Positions 12,183-25,865 are shown, counted from the first letter of the stretch. The stretch is DNA of 64,000 nucleotides from Octopus bimaculoides (GCF_001194135.2 NC_068992.1:52545811-52609810); one strand, 5' to 3'. The notes: a model not told the origin generated them from the sequence alone. Made by a program: numbers and translations.

Positions 12183-12470
12183 TTGTGAGTGGATTTAGTA
12201 AATGGAAACTGAAAGAAGCCCATCGTATATATATATATTTCTATGTATATATTAGTGTCTTTGTATGTGTCTCCTCCATTGCTTGACAACCAATGTTGGT
12301 GTGTTTATATTCCCATAACTTAGCGGTTCAGCAAAAAAAATGATAGAATAAGTGCTAATCTTACAAAGAATAAGTCCTGGAGTCAATTTGTTCGACAACA
12401 GGCAGTGCTCCAGCATGGTCACAGTCAAAAGACTGAAACAAGTAAAATGATAAAGGAATAAAAGAATGCA
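12183..12470 (+). mobile_element. SINE family A, 3' portion
   Basis: Starts at TTGTGAGTGGATTT, continues through the internal microsatellite to GACTGAAACAAGTAAAA. Confidence 0.85.
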
Positions 12471-12477
12471 CACTGAT

Positions 12478-12519
<42 letters not shown>

Positions 12520-13527
12520 TTACATAGAGAAAATTATATATGAAATTACAAAGCCTTTTGTACAGGGGACAACATAGGACCTCTTTTCTACCTAGTACAC
12601 TCTGTGAAGTAATTCATATTAGGCAAAGCAGTTAACTATAGAAATTAACTTAAAATTGAAACACACAAACAAGATGTAATCTTCCAACCAGTTCACATGA
12701 GCAGTACCCTAAATATGTGCTGGTTCCAGACTGCGGCAACCCATCAAATCAGTGTCAGCATAGAATGTTGGCATAAAATGCTATAGATGTGTATTGATGA
12801 TTATGTGACAATATGTAAATATGTAACCAAAACTTCTCTTTTATCATCCTCTCTAATACCTAAATACAAACTTTAGAATTTTCTAATGTTCTTCTAATAT
12901 TAGAGTTATTTCAACTATCTGTGAATTGACTCATAATTTATAGCAACATAATATATTTTTCTGCCATTAAAATAAGAATATTCTGCTAATGTATACCAAA
13001 ATGAAATATGTTAAATAATGGGTATGAAAAACAAAGGAAAAAGAAAAAGTAATTCAAAAGATTTGAATTGTATTTTTTTTTTTTAATATAATTTTACGTT
13101 GTTCCTATGTATGTTTTAGATTTTTCAGAAATCTACTAATATATACATTTCAATAAATAATACAACATACATATTTTAGATTCTGAAAATAGACTTCTTA
13201 TAACCAAACACTTTTACTATCAAACATATCAGGATTTAATAAACATTAACATTTCCTTCTCTTAGAAACCACATTCTTTGTTTATTGAACGGCTACATAA
13301 TGACTTTAGTAGTGCTGGAGGGCATGAAAAAAATATCATGCAGCACACATTATAACGTGGTTGGCATTAAGAAGGTCATTTAGTTGTTGAAGCCATGCCA
13401 GAGCAGACATTGGAGTATAATGCAGTCAATGGGCCTCATTATTTTTCTACTCTAGGTACAAGGGTCGAAATTTTGGGGGAGGGGGCTTGTCTATTACATC
13501 AACCTCAGTATGTAACTGGTACTTAAT

Positions 13528-13590
13528 AAAGCCTTGTGAGTGGATTTGGTAGACGGAAACTGAAAGAAACCCGTCGTATGTATATGTGTG

Positions 13591-13648
<58 letters not shown>

Positions 13649-13852
13649 TGTGTCTGTGCTTGTCCCCCCACCATCGCTTGACAACCGCTGGTGGTGTGTT
13701 TATGTCCCCATAACTTAGCGGTTCAGCAGAAGAGACTGATAGAATAAGTACTAGGCTTACAAAGAATAAGTCCTGGGGTTGATTTGCTCGACTGGGGGTG
13801 GTGCTCCAGCATGGCCACAGTCAAATGACTGAAACAACTAAAAGAGTAAAAG

Positions 13853-13856
<4 letters not shown>
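13528..13856 (+). mobile_element. SINE family A, 5'-truncated, abutting a family D tail (13450-13528, minus)
   Basis: AAAGCCTTGTGAGTGG...(TA)n(TG)n...AAAAGAGTAAAAGAGT followed by (TAT)n. Confidence 0.9.
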
Positions 13857-13891
<35 letters not shown>

Positions 13892-14657
13892 TATGTAGCA
13901 TCCAACAGTTTTGCAGATTATGAGGAGTGCCTTTACAAGAGATTTTGACTAACTTATGAAAAGACTGTGAGAATTGAAATGCAAAGTAGATCATAGCAAG
14001 GTTTGAACTCAGTACCTCAATATCTGGAACGAATACATCGAAAGTGTTTATCTAATGACCAAATAATTCAAATTCCACAGAGATGAGGTTTGCCTTTCAT
14101 CCTTTTGGGGGTTGATGAAAATAAGTACCCAGAAAGCACTGGGGCTGATGTAATGAACTATCTCCCTCCCATAAATTTTCAAGCCTTGTGCTAGAAAAAA
14201 TTATAATTCTTTTATTTCTTTTTGCTTTGAAATATCAATTTCTCACATTAGCAAAAGGCCACTTAGTTCTGGGGAGAGATATGGTCAGTTAAATCAACCT
14301 CAGTACTTGGGTTTATCAACCACCGGAAAGATTTATGACAAAGTAGCTCTGGGCATTTATTTGAACTTAGAATGTAAAGAGCCGTAACTAAATACCTCTC
14401 TGTACAACAATTAAATGTAAACAATATCTCTTTGTCCATAATTTATTGTTGAAGTCTTTATATCCATTCATCATCTGTTCAACAACTAGTTGTCTTTAGT
14501 AGCAACATCAACACTATTTTTGATCAGTTAGATGTCAAATCTCATTGAAATCTTTTCAAAATTCTTTGAGGAATGATGTTTTCTGCATAATTTTTAATAA
14601 TGAAGAATTTGATTTAAGATGCTGAAGGTAATAAAATATCTGCTGTTTTAAATTTAC

Positions 14658-14710
14658 TTTGGATTCTAAAACATGTTCTTTCTCAATGCTCTCCCATGTC
14701 TGAGCATTAG
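14658..14710 (-). CDS. Candidate 53-nt exon
   Basis: aaaatag| ct-NAQTWESIEKEHVLESK |gtaaat; lies in a 75-aa ORF; no homology recognised. Confidence 0.25.
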
Positions 14711-14834
14711 CTATTTTAATATTATTTCTATGAATATAATTATATGTATGTGAGGACCAAAGCATAACTAAGCAGATATTCAAAATGCATATTTATATAT
14801 ATATATAAACATACAGACATACACATGTACATAC

Positions 14835-15335
14835 ATCATCCTCTTCGTCATCATCATCGTTTAACGTCCGTTTTCCATGCTAGCATGGGTTGGACGGTTC
14901 AACCGGGGTCTGGGAAGCCAGGAGGCTGCACCAGGCTCTAGTCTGATCTGGCAGTGTTTCTACCGCTGGATGCCCTTCCTAACGCCAACCACTCCGTGAG
15001 TGTAGTGGGTACTTTTTACGTGCCACCGGCACAGGGCCCAGAGGAGGCTGGCAACGGCCATGATCAGTTGGTGCTTCTTACGTGACACCAGCAATCAAGC
15101 CAGTCAAAGTGGTGCTGGCATCGGCCACATTCGGATGATGCTTTTTACCTGCCACTGGCATGGGTATCAAAATTACAATTTCCATTTGATTTTCATTTTG
15201 ATGTTGATGTACTTGACTTAATAGGTCTCCTCAGCACAGCAGGTCACCATACGATCCAAGGTACTTTTGAATGGGCTGGGGCTGGTTATGCGAAACTGGT
15301 GTAGGATACAGCAGTGAACTCATTTTATTTGCCGA
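14835..15335 (-). mobile_element. RTE-type LINE 3' end / family C, long copy
   Basis: (CAT)n tail plus CGTTTAACGTCCGTTTTCCATGCTAGCATGGGTTGGACG; internal GCACGTAAAAAGCA-like subrepeats; upstream part resembles a degenerate ORF end. Confidence 0.8.
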
Positions 15336-15477
15336 GTACATATACACACATACACACACATATACATATATAACAAACACACATGCACGCACACACATGC
15401 ACATACACATATACATATATATATTGACAAGATTGATTTGCAATTGACAATCCAGGGATATATCTATCTATCTATCA

Positions 15478-15536
<59 letters not shown>

Positions 15537-15904
15537 GACTCTGGTGTGTGTGCATGTGTGGTTGAGCAACTGATCATATCTGAGAAGGGTTTATAAAGAA
15601 GTCGTTGTTCTTACATGCGTGTTTCTGTGTAATAAGCCTTGTGTGTTGGCTATATATGGTGTGTGAGTGCATATGTATATCATGTGAGTGTGTACTTCAC
15701 TAAATCTACATCTGTCTATATGTGTTTAACACCTGAAGATCTTCCAAATTAGAAAGTTTCTAAAAGTTGAATGACCAGTCTCATTAATCAGAGAATATGA
15801 CAGCCTATAATAGGCATTTATTCATTCCTCTCCCTGCTTCTTTTAGTACTACTACTAATACCAATAGTTTAGAATCACTGTTTCTTTCTCTGGTGATGAT
15901 CTTT

Positions 15905-15912
15905 CTATACAA

Positions 15913-16002
<90 letters not shown>
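15905..16002. repeat. (CT)n microsatellite
   Basis: Direct inspection. Confidence 0.95.
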
Positions 16003-16008
<6 letters not shown>

Positions 16009-16120
16009 TTTCTTTATTTACAATTGTTAATAATAAAAGCTGTTTTGAAAATTCTCTCTTGATAATGAGAAATAATTACTTACAATTTCATGAATACTTA
16101 TATATGTGTGTGTGTATATA

Positions 16121-16247
16121 CTTACTCTTCTACTCTTTTACTTGTTTCAGTCATTTGACTGCGATCATGCTGGAGCACCACCTTTAGTCGAGCAAATCGA
16201 CCCCAGGACTTATTCTTTGGAAGCCTAGTACTTATTCTATCGGTCTC
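16121..16247 (-). mobile_element. SINE family A, 3' end
   Basis: Reverse complement of the family A tail. Confidence 0.85.
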
Positions 16248-16249
16248 TG

Positions 16250-16430
16250 TGGAACACAGTGATTCTACTTAGCTTGAAGTGTCTTAGCAAGAACAGAAAA
16301 TCACCACCTTCCCCTGGTTCCTTACCATTTCCTAATTGAGGCCCAACATCCAAAGATCCTTTCTCACCACTTTGTCCCACATCATCCTGGATCTACTCCT
16401 TCCACAGATGGAGTTAGAAAGAGCAATCAG
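16250..16430 (-). mobile_element. RTE LINE ORF C-terminal remnant
   Basis: Minus strand CGRSRSRMMWDKVVRKDLWMLGL, like the RTE C-terminal GRPRKTWxxVVxxDL motif. Confidence 0.65.
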
Positions 16431-17598
16431 CTATAAAACTCATGCCAAAACTGCCAAAACTCAGACGTTAAAGGAAGACATGGCTCTCAGAGTCATTGGA
16501 ACTTGCAGAACCATTCAACCATACCAGCATAGGAAATGATGAGGAATATGGTGACAATCATGAATGATGCTGATGATGACGATGAAGGTGATATATGGTT
16601 ATGTGTATGTATGTATGTATCATAACAGCAATGAAACAATGATTGTACACTATTTCTTCTTACTATGTATATAGATATGTACAAACGTGTGTGTCTGCGT
16701 GTGTGTATGTAACTCTAAGATAGATAGGTATTGGAGAGAGGTGTTATTTGAAGGATGCAGCAGCTTATCAGAAATATTATGACTGGCAGACACATTTAAA
16801 GAAATGCTGACATAGCATTAAAAAAAAAAATATATTTACTTACAAAATGAGGAATGCATTGACAAAATTGGTTATCAACAGAAGATAAACAAAACAGTCG
16901 GAATAGCAATGACTAAAATAAGACTAGAGAAACAAAATTAGATATTGGGGAAGATTAAAGATTATTTCGGCTCAAGAAATTCTTGTCAGAAGAAAGGTAA
17001 AAAAGAATAATAATTATTATAAAATAAAAATGGTGAAAATACCATTTACTTTCCTCTTGGTAGAAAATAAAAGGTTTTGAAGTAATGAATAGATATTTTT
17101 ATATTCTATAATATGCAATACGAACAACTGTATACTAGCTTATTATTACAATATCTTAGTACTTAGAATGGTTTCTACGTCAACAACTATTTTTTGTTCT
17201 AATAAAGGAGTCTCTGTGTGGTTACTCAGCTATTTGAAAATAGTAGCCAAATCTCACTCATGTCATAGTAATCTGGTTCTTAAAAAGCAAAGAAAAGGTG
17301 ATAGAATTCTGGATAATGATGTCTTAAATATTCTTTTATTCGTTTATTCTGTCATTGGATTTAGTCATTCAATTGTGGCCATGCTGGAACATTGCATTCA
17401 AGAGTTAGTAGCTTTGTGGAACTTCATCTTTTATTTTTTTTACTTTTTTCAATCATTTAACAGCGGCCATGCTGAGGTACCACCATGAAGGGTTTTTAGT
17501 GGAACAAATTGACCAGGTGTACTTATTCTATAGGTTTAAGTTATGAGGATGCCAACACTGGTTGTCAAGTGGTGATGGGAGACAAACACAGACACAAA

Positions 17599-17637
<39 letters not shown>

Positions 17638-17976
17638 ACGCACACACACACAGATATATACATACATACGTATATATTTTCAACAAGTTTAACTTTACAT
17701 CACTCTATTTGTAACAACATCTCTAAATCTATCAATATTATATCCTGATAATAGGAGCTTTCATGATGTCTATTATATTTAAATAAAAATAGTATCCTTT
17801 CATTCTCTAACATTATTCCCCCACTATGCTAGATTAAAAACTGAAAAGATAGAAGGTAAAGTGACCCTTGGTGGAGTTTGAACTCAGAATGTAGACAGAA
17901 GAAATGCCACTGGGCATTCTGTCCAGTGTGCTAACAATTCTGCCAGGTAGCTGCATTTGTGCTGAAAATATTGAAG

Positions 17977-18179
17977 ATGATGACAATGATGGTGATGATG
18001 ATGCTGACGACAATGATACTAACAATCACTAGGACAACCACACTGAGGATAATGACAATGATGACAAGCATGATGACAAGAATGATGTCGGGGACAATGA
18101 TGACAATAGTGATTATGATGTTGATGATGATAATTGTGATAACGATGACATTAGTGTCACCAATGATGTTGATGACAAC

Positions 18180-18228
<49 letters not shown>

Positions 18229-18255
18229 CTTATGGTGATGGTGATGATGGTGATA
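17977..18255. repeat. Degenerate (GAT/GAC)n trinucleotide array
   Basis: Direct inspection; produces the poly-Met ORF 17959-18261. Confidence 0.9.
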
Positions 18256-19470
18256 ATTTAATAACAAAGCAGACAGCTATTGCAAAATCATTGTTTAGGT
18301 ATGTAAATTATATGTATTTTCATGACTTTCTTAGTTGTGTAATCGTTGGGATATCAAACCAAGTTACCAACCCACATAGCTACATCGTAGATATTTAGTA
18401 CAATTAATACAGTTATTAATATAAAACATTAATATATTTCATTAATCTATGTTTTTTTGTTATTTTAGCCTTTCTGTGTTTTTTGTTTTTGTATTTTTTT
18501 TTCAATAATTTAAAATTTAATAATCGTAAAAGTTATTATATGACTCCGTGTTGTAATATCTTGAAAAGAGAAAATACAAATATAGTTGGTTGGTGTATTT
18601 TGATAAATCATCACAATGTAAACAAATTTTATTAAATATCATTTATAATAGTGGAAGATAAATGAAATAGATTGAATATTATGAATAAACATAGACTTAG
18701 ACGCACACAAGCACACATAAACACACGCACACATAAACACACACACACATACACATAAACACAGCATCTCAGGAATTTGGTATATTTTCATTTTTATATA
18801 TAAATATTGCATGGATATCAATTATAATTTATGAATCTGCTTATAATTTCAAATTATATTTTTACGAATTATCTATTTATTCTTAATTTTGCAATACATA
18901 AATCTTTGTAACTATTAAATTCAAAATATAAATAATGAAATATATTTATGTTATATACAGATAGAGAAATTTCCATGCCACAGCAATTCATTTGCAATTA
19001 GATGTATTTGAAGAACAATCTAACCCATATTAGTTGTGAATTTATAGAGAATATTCATGAAAGTAAAAATTTTTAAATGATGGAATTCATGAATATAATA
19101 TGATATTCTACATGAAGAGAGTTAAAGTTGATCAGCTACGGGATGCCCAATGTGAGAATGGTTGTTTGCATGCTCAAATCACATTAAGAATATTGTAAGA
19201 TCATAACTAAAATATTTAGATATCGGTTTTACACTCCACCTATGTGATAAAACGTGCTGCAGGGTATGATATTTCACAGCTGAAGCAGCAGCAAAAGCAC
19301 TAACCTATTTATCCTTCTATCTGTCCGTCCGTCCATCCATCCATCTATCCATCCATCCGTCTGTCAGTCCACAAGTCTGTCCATCCATCTGTCCATCTGT
19401 CTCTATCTGTTTGTCTGCCTTTTTATCTCTCTCTCTATATATATAAATGTATATATATATATATATATAT

Positions 19471-19741
19471 AGGCACAGGAGTGGCTGTGTGGTAATTAGC
19501 TTGCTTACCAACCACATTGTTCCAGGTTCAGTCCCACTGCGTAGCACCTTAGGCAAGTGTCTTCTACTATATCCTCGGGCTGACCAAAGCCTTGTGAGTG
19601 GATCTGGTAGACGGAAATTGAAAGAAGCCCATCGTATATATGTATATGTATATATATATGTGTGTTTGTGTGTCTGTGTTTGTACCTCCAACATCGCTTG
19701 ACAACCAATGCTGGTGTGTTTACGTCCCCATAACTTAGCGG
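19471..19741 (+). mobile_element. SINE family A, 3'-truncated
   Basis: GGCACAGGAGTGGCTGTGTGG...CATAACTTAGCGG. Confidence 0.9.
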
Positions 19742-19842
19742 CATTTAGAAAAGGAACTTAACTTTGATATTTTCAAAGCATGGCATGATAAAAGAACATG
19801 TATTGAAATAGTAATTTTAATTTTACGTTGTGATAGGCAAAA

Positions 19843-20089
19843 CAAATAAAAAATGAATGCGCCTTTTTAAAGTCTAGCCAGGTTCATGGGCCCGGTTTCC
19901 TGGTTTCAATGGCGTATGTGTTCCCCAGTCCATTGCAGTGTTACTCATTTTTGCCAGTTGAGTGGACTGGAGCAACGTGAAATGAAGTGTTTTGCTCAAG
20001 AACACAAAGCGTTGTCCGGTTCAGGAATCGAAACTACAATCTTACGATCATGATGCTGACACCCTAACCACTAAGCCACGTGCCTCCAC
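19843..20089 (-). mobile_element. tRNA-derived SINE family E, full length with 13-bp TSD
   Basis: Minus-strand head GTGGAGGCACGTGGCTTAGTGGTTAGGG...GTTTCGATTCC; TSD GTGATAGGCAAAA at 19830-19842 and 20090-20102. Confidence 0.9.
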
Positions 20090-20453
20090 GTGATAGGCAA
20101 AAGCAGAAGCAAAAATATATTTATAAAACCATGAAACTCTAGTAGTTCTTTTAAGAATTTATTGCTTTATTGTTTTAACCTTTTTTAGTGTGGAAATCAA
20201 ATATATACATCCAAAATTTCATTACTCACAACTTCTTGTTGAAATTATATTTTATTGATGTGTGTCAAGTTTGTCGAGGCAATGTGACTTTCAGAAAATA
20301 CCAATTCTATTTTTTGGTACATATTTAACATCATTACAAGAATAACCATGAAACTTAATTTTGCAGTTGAAGGGTTAATGATATTATGTCAGCTCAGTTC
20401 AAAATAATCTGCTACCAGTTATCATTTATTATTTAAACTTGATAAACCCTTAC

Positions 20454-20518
20454 TCTGGTTGTCTAGGGAGATCTGGATGCAAGAAGTCTTTCACAGATTC
20501 CAGAATCATCCAGGGTAG
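20454..20518 (-). CDS. Candidate 65-nt exon
   Basis: ctaatttaag| LPWMILESVKDFLHPDLPRQP-ga |gtaagg; protein-like composition, AAG acceptor is weak. Confidence 0.3.
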
Positions 20519-20629
20519 CTTAAATTAGTCCTGACTAATTATTCTTTCAACACATTGCCACAAATTACAGACAACACCTATTTCAGCAGTAAAAACTCAA
20601 GTTGTGTATTACTTATGTATATGCATATC

Positions 20630-20846
20630 CATTCATGTGCCCAGCATCACCTTCCTGGCACTTGTGCCGGATGGCAAGTGAAAAGTCATTCGATCGAGAG
20701 TGTTGCCAGTGCTGCTGGACTGGCTCCTGTGCAGGTGGCATGTAAAATACACCATTTTGAGCATGGCCGTTGCCAGTACCGCCTGACTGGCCTTCGTGCC
20801 GGTGGTATGTAAAGCGGACGTTAAACAACGATAATGATGATGATGA
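20630..20846 (+). mobile_element. Family C repeat (RTE-type tail)
   Basis: GGCATGTAAAATACACC subrepeats and AAAGCGGACGTTAAAC...(GAT)n end. Confidence 0.8.
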
Positions 20847-21105
20847 TTCACCATTTTCTCTATTTTGAATTCTTCAAAGACATAGAGACCATGAGTATGC
20901 TATGCCATCCATTATAAGGCTATTCTATATTTAATGCTCGATCTTTAAACTTTACATTAATTAACAGCCAAGTGCATGATACTTGAATAAGGTCAGTTGT
21001 TATTATTGTTCTTGTTGTTTTAGTTGCCATCATTATTTTTCGTTTTTAAAAATAATACATTTCTAAATCTCTCAGAGAGATTTATGCAGTAGTGATACGA
21101 TGAGG

Positions 21106-21383
21106 TAGATGTATGCTGTCAACTTAATGTGACAGTCCCCTGAAATGAATTAATACAACTGTTAGTTAGACTTAGGAAGCTGCACCGCTTCCTGTTGGCC
21201 TTGACACATTTCCTGTGTCCTTATGTTTACAAGGGGGAGACAAGCATCTCCACCCAGTTAAGCCTGCATCCAGAGACTAGTTTCTGAGTCTTTGCTCAGA
21301 AGCAGTGCAACTTCCTAGGTCTAACCAACAGTAGTATTATTCCCTTCAGGGGACTGTCACATTAAGTTGATAGCATACAACTA
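21106..21383. mobile_element. MITE, ~278 bp with ~39-bp TIRs
   Basis: Left TAGATGTATGCTGTCAACTTAATGTGACAGTCCCCTGAA versus right (rc) TAGTTGTATGCTATCAACTTAATGTGACAGTCCCCTGAA, 2 mismatches; outer TA may be the TSD. Confidence 0.9.
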
Positions 21384-22914
21384 TTTCATTAGTTTTATAG
21401 TTGTTGTCATCATTGTCATTGTTGATGTTATTGCTGTTGTTTTCAGTTAACTCTGTGTCAATCTTACTCAAACAGAAGTATAATCCAAAGTTTTTCAGTC
21501 ATAAAGATACCATCGTCTAGGGATACAACAAAAGTGGTGGCTGACATGTCGTCTCTCAACATGCTAAAAATAGCAGTCAGATCTTAATAAATTACACATC
21601 ACCATCTTATGAAAAGAAAGGAAACGCATAAAATAAGGAAATTGTGGGAAACTCCTCTACACCAAAACAGATAAGATAACCCCAGTTATATTCAAGCAGG
21701 ATTGACCTGGAGTAATATAAACAGCAGCAATGACAAAAGCAGCTACAACAACAACAGCAGCATTTGTAACAAGGACAATAACAACAATAACTGTACCAAA
21801 TGTGTTCATCATTTTTTAACCCTTTTGCTACCGTATTTCTCTTAAAATACACTATCTTTGTTTCAATGAATTTTGGAAGTAATAAAGAATTTTAATGTAA
21901 AATCTTTATCATTATCAAAATGGATTTTGAAGCATAAATTAATATAAAATTTGGGAAAGAAAATTTTAATTTAATTCATCTTAAACAGGAAGTCTGTGTC
22001 AAAGAACCAAGAGCAATCTCGGGAGGGTTGTTGTTGAAAGAATTAGGTAAAATGGTGTAATTTCAGAGAAATTTGGTCTGTTAATTCTAGCATGTCTAGA
22101 CAACATGTTGAGACTGCTTCATTGTCATTTTGGCTGAAAGCAAAGTGTAGTTACTTGTCCAGACATAAAGTAAAACATTTCAATCAATGCTCTTGAGCAA
22201 ATATTTGCCCACATAACACATTATTAATTTACAGGCTGTATAGCAAAAACTCACACTTGAGAATAAATCTTACACAGTCTTCAACTTTGAATAGACACAG
22301 TAACAATTATAGATTAGTGGGAATACCAACTAATCAATACTTATACATAAGTTATGAATATCTTCGTTAACTAATAACATTTTCGTAAAGGATCAGTAGA
22401 GCATGTGATACTAATGATTTCTTAATAAGTCATGAAGTTGTGATGATAAACGAAGGCGTGTGAGGGAGAGAGAGTTGATTTGAGAACTTGTTATGCCTTT
22501 GTCCTTCCATAGGTTATTAGTAACTGCAGTGAAGCAGTGACATCTAAACAATGTAATTGCTGAAGCTGATGATGTCATGCAGATACAGGAGAATGGATTT
22601 AGGATCTTGTTATAGCATTGTCTTTCTAAAGGCTGTTTATTAAATACAGTGAAGTAGGACCAACCAAGAATCTATCATGGATTCAGATACCCATGTGAAT
22701 TAAGAAATATGAGCAAAATTAACAATCCAGTTTAGAAGCAACTTTCTTATGTCAGTATGACCTAGGCATAGCAGAATGGTTAAGAAGTTTCACTCTACTA
22801 CAATATGTTTCTGGGTTTTATTCCTCTGTAAGGCACTCTGAGCAGGTTTCTTGAAAAACAACCTTTGGCTTGATCCATGCCTTGTAAGTAGGATTTGGTA
22901 AATGAAACTTAGAA

Positions 22915-24137
22915 AAGCTGGCCTGAAAAGATCAAAGGCTGATTATGAAGGATCGATACTAGAGCTGTGAAATCTTGCATGCATTAATTTCTTTCCAGGT
23001 AAACTGACATCTGACTGATCAAAGCAGACTTCAGATGTAACTAGGAGTGACTTCTCTTGAAAATGGACAAAATTTAGCATTGTGCAGGAACATGGTTTAT
23101 CCCCCGTTGACATTCATGCTGACATGTTCGTTATGTTTGGGGATGATGCTCCAGTTTTATCAAGTGGGCAGCTGAATTTAAGAGCGCAGGAAGGGTTTTG
23201 AAAATGACTCAAGGTCTAGATGTCCTGCAACTGCTGCTACCAAGGGAAATATTGATAATGTTCATTACATGCTGATGGATGACAGGCAATTGACTATAAA
23301 TCAAAGAGTCAATGCTATTTAGCATATCCTGTGAGAGATTTGAGAATATTCAGTACAATGAAATTGGCACAATGAAGGTCTTTGTTCACAGGGTGCTGTG
23401 TCTTCTGACACTTGATCACAGCATGGAAAAATCTAAGATTTTTATAGGCAGATCCAGTTGGTTTCCTTGATCATTTCTTAATTCAGGATCAGTTTTGGCT
23501 TCATTGCTTTGATCCAGAAACAAAGAGACAATTTATGCAGTGGAAAGATCCCTCCTCCTTGGCTCGAAAGAAATCACAGTCATTTCATCTGCAGGGAAGG
23601 TGATGGCCTCAATTTTTTTGGTGAGAGTATGCAAAAGGCATTATGTTTATTGACTATCATCAGAAGGGCCACTCCATCAATGGAGAGCAATATGCAAACT
23701 TGCTGAGGCAGTTATGAAAGGCTCTCAATACCAAATGGCCAGGAAAACTGATGAAATGGCTCTTGTTTCCTCAGAATAATGCTCCAGTACACAAGTCATA
23801 GGTTTCAATGGCTACTGTGCTTGATATTGGCTTAAACTGTTTCCATATTCATCTTATTTGGCCCCATCTGACTATCATCTGTTTCCTAACATGAAAAAAA
23901 AACAAAAACACTTGGTTGGGAATAAGTATCACAGTGATGTTGTCATATCTGCTGTTGATGACTGTTTTTGAGTAACAGGAAGAATGCTTCTTCACCAATG
24001 AGATCCAAGCAGTGAAACACCATTGGAAGAAGTGTGTGGACCAGAAGGAGGATTACGTTGAAGAATAAACTCTATTCGGTCGCACATTCCATGAGAGTGT
24101 CTTGGTCAATGTATGAACATTTTAGCCAATCTTCATA
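22915..24137 (+). mobile_element. mariner transposon, near full-length pseudogenised copy
   Basis: MDK...HGLSPVDIHAD...KWAAEFK (HTH); YLAPSDYHLFPNMKK at ~23855-23899; C-terminus HWKKCVDQKEDYVEE*. Degenerate TIRs at ~22915-22950 and ~24100-24135 ending at TA. Confidence 0.9.
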
Positions 24138-25865
24138 TGTATGTATATACTTACCATCATTGTCCTACTTTTAATAGCCTCTTTCCCTACTTCTGTGGAG
24201 CAGACAGGATTTCTTGATGCCCTTTCTGTCACAAACCCTCATCTCCTTCAAAGCAAGCTAATATTTCCCCATGGTTGGATATCTTTGATCAGAAGACCAG
24301 AATGAGCGACACTGCTTGTATGATGGGAATGCACATTTCATATCTGCTGAGCAGTGCCAAGACCAGGGGACACAAGCTCCCTACACATGCACATGGACTC
24401 TACTTTAATTATTCACCCATCAGCACTCATCCTGCTGGCATTATACTGCTAATATTCAGACTAGACATCAGCTGCATAAATCTCACCATTTCTAGGAGAG
24501 ACTGCAAAGGTCACAAGCACTGTTTGTGTGGTTCTGGACTAAATCTTGTATTGATTGTTTTATGTTCTTTACCCAGTGTTTCATCTCTCATGCAGAAACT
24601 GTTTCTATACATCGTAAAACCAAATCTCTTTTTAGTCACCAGTGAGACACCCTATTGTCTTGACTACCTATGACTCCATTGAAAGAAATATATGAAGCAT
24701 GACTTCACTAGCTGAAACAATACTCTACATAAAAACATTACCAATTGATGTCTGGAGTATTTGTTTCTAGTCTTCGGAAACACAAAGGGAAAGAAAAAAA
24801 TATTAGGCATAATAGCTTTTTCCTTTTTTATATGTGGAATTGTACCTATTTCTTAGACAAAAACCAGAATTATTGTATATTTTTCTCAATAACTCAGTGC
24901 ATCATTGTACATAACAGAAGTGAAAATCTTATTATTTGTTCTAAAAGTTTGAAACACAAAGTCAAGAAGTTACAGATAAATGCATTTAGTTGCATCAGAA
25001 TATTTTTCTTGCAAGCTTGTGCATGTCTGTATTTCTATAATGATTATTGGCTGCATGTTTCAGGTTAGAGAAATTATATTTCACACAGCGATAATGTGTT
25101 TAATATTTCTTTTTGTCTCAGAGCAAATTGAAGGATATTTTCAGAACAGTCAGATAGAATTGTGCTTTTCTTTGTTTCACTGAAATTTAGCAGGAAATTG
25201 GATGTTTCAGTAGAATTAATTTTATTATCTTTCTTTTTCTAGAGGCATTATAATGCTCTGTATAGTTGAAAAGTCATTATATTCTTTGATACTTTCAACC
25301 AATAATTCTCAAACACCAACTTTCACATAATGAAATATTATCAAGTCTTATTAAGTATGTTAGTTTGTCAGTTGTTATACATTAGCTATCACTATGGGGT
25401 CTTTGTGGAGACGATTTCATATAAATTCTTCCAGACAATTACGTTTTGTGGGCTTGATTTTTATTGTTCTGCAGATTATATATGTCTAAATTTATCAGTG
25501 AAGCCAACGTCAAACAGATAGGGAGACTCTATCTGGCTACACAGCCAGTTAGAAATAGCAGTCAAATCTTCCTCATACCACAACTACCTAAATACTGTAT
25601 TGTTGCTACAACTGTATCTTGTTTTCATCAGTCCGTCACAGTTTCTTCTTACTTCTTTTGCAACCCTTCTGCGACTCATAATTGATATGATTAATGATTA
25701 GTCTGATTTTGTTTTGCATATAAATTAACATCTACAAGGGAAAAACATTGAAAATTTGAAGGACAAAGAGGAAAATATTGTTTTTGACATTGTCAAAAAC
25801 AGTGATATTGATGACTGGAATCCTTTTGACCATAGTTCTAATCAACCAGGGATGGCTTGAGGTTA

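Noticed and set aside
17959-18261. Poly-Met ORF; also poly-His/Ile ORFs at 37565-38062 and poly-Gln at 62683-62889
   Set aside because: Translations of trinucleotide microsatellites, with no unique coding context or splice support.
24275-24673. 132-aa plus-strand ORF
   Set aside because: The first half overlaps a degenerate family C-like repeat and the rest shows no recognisable motif.
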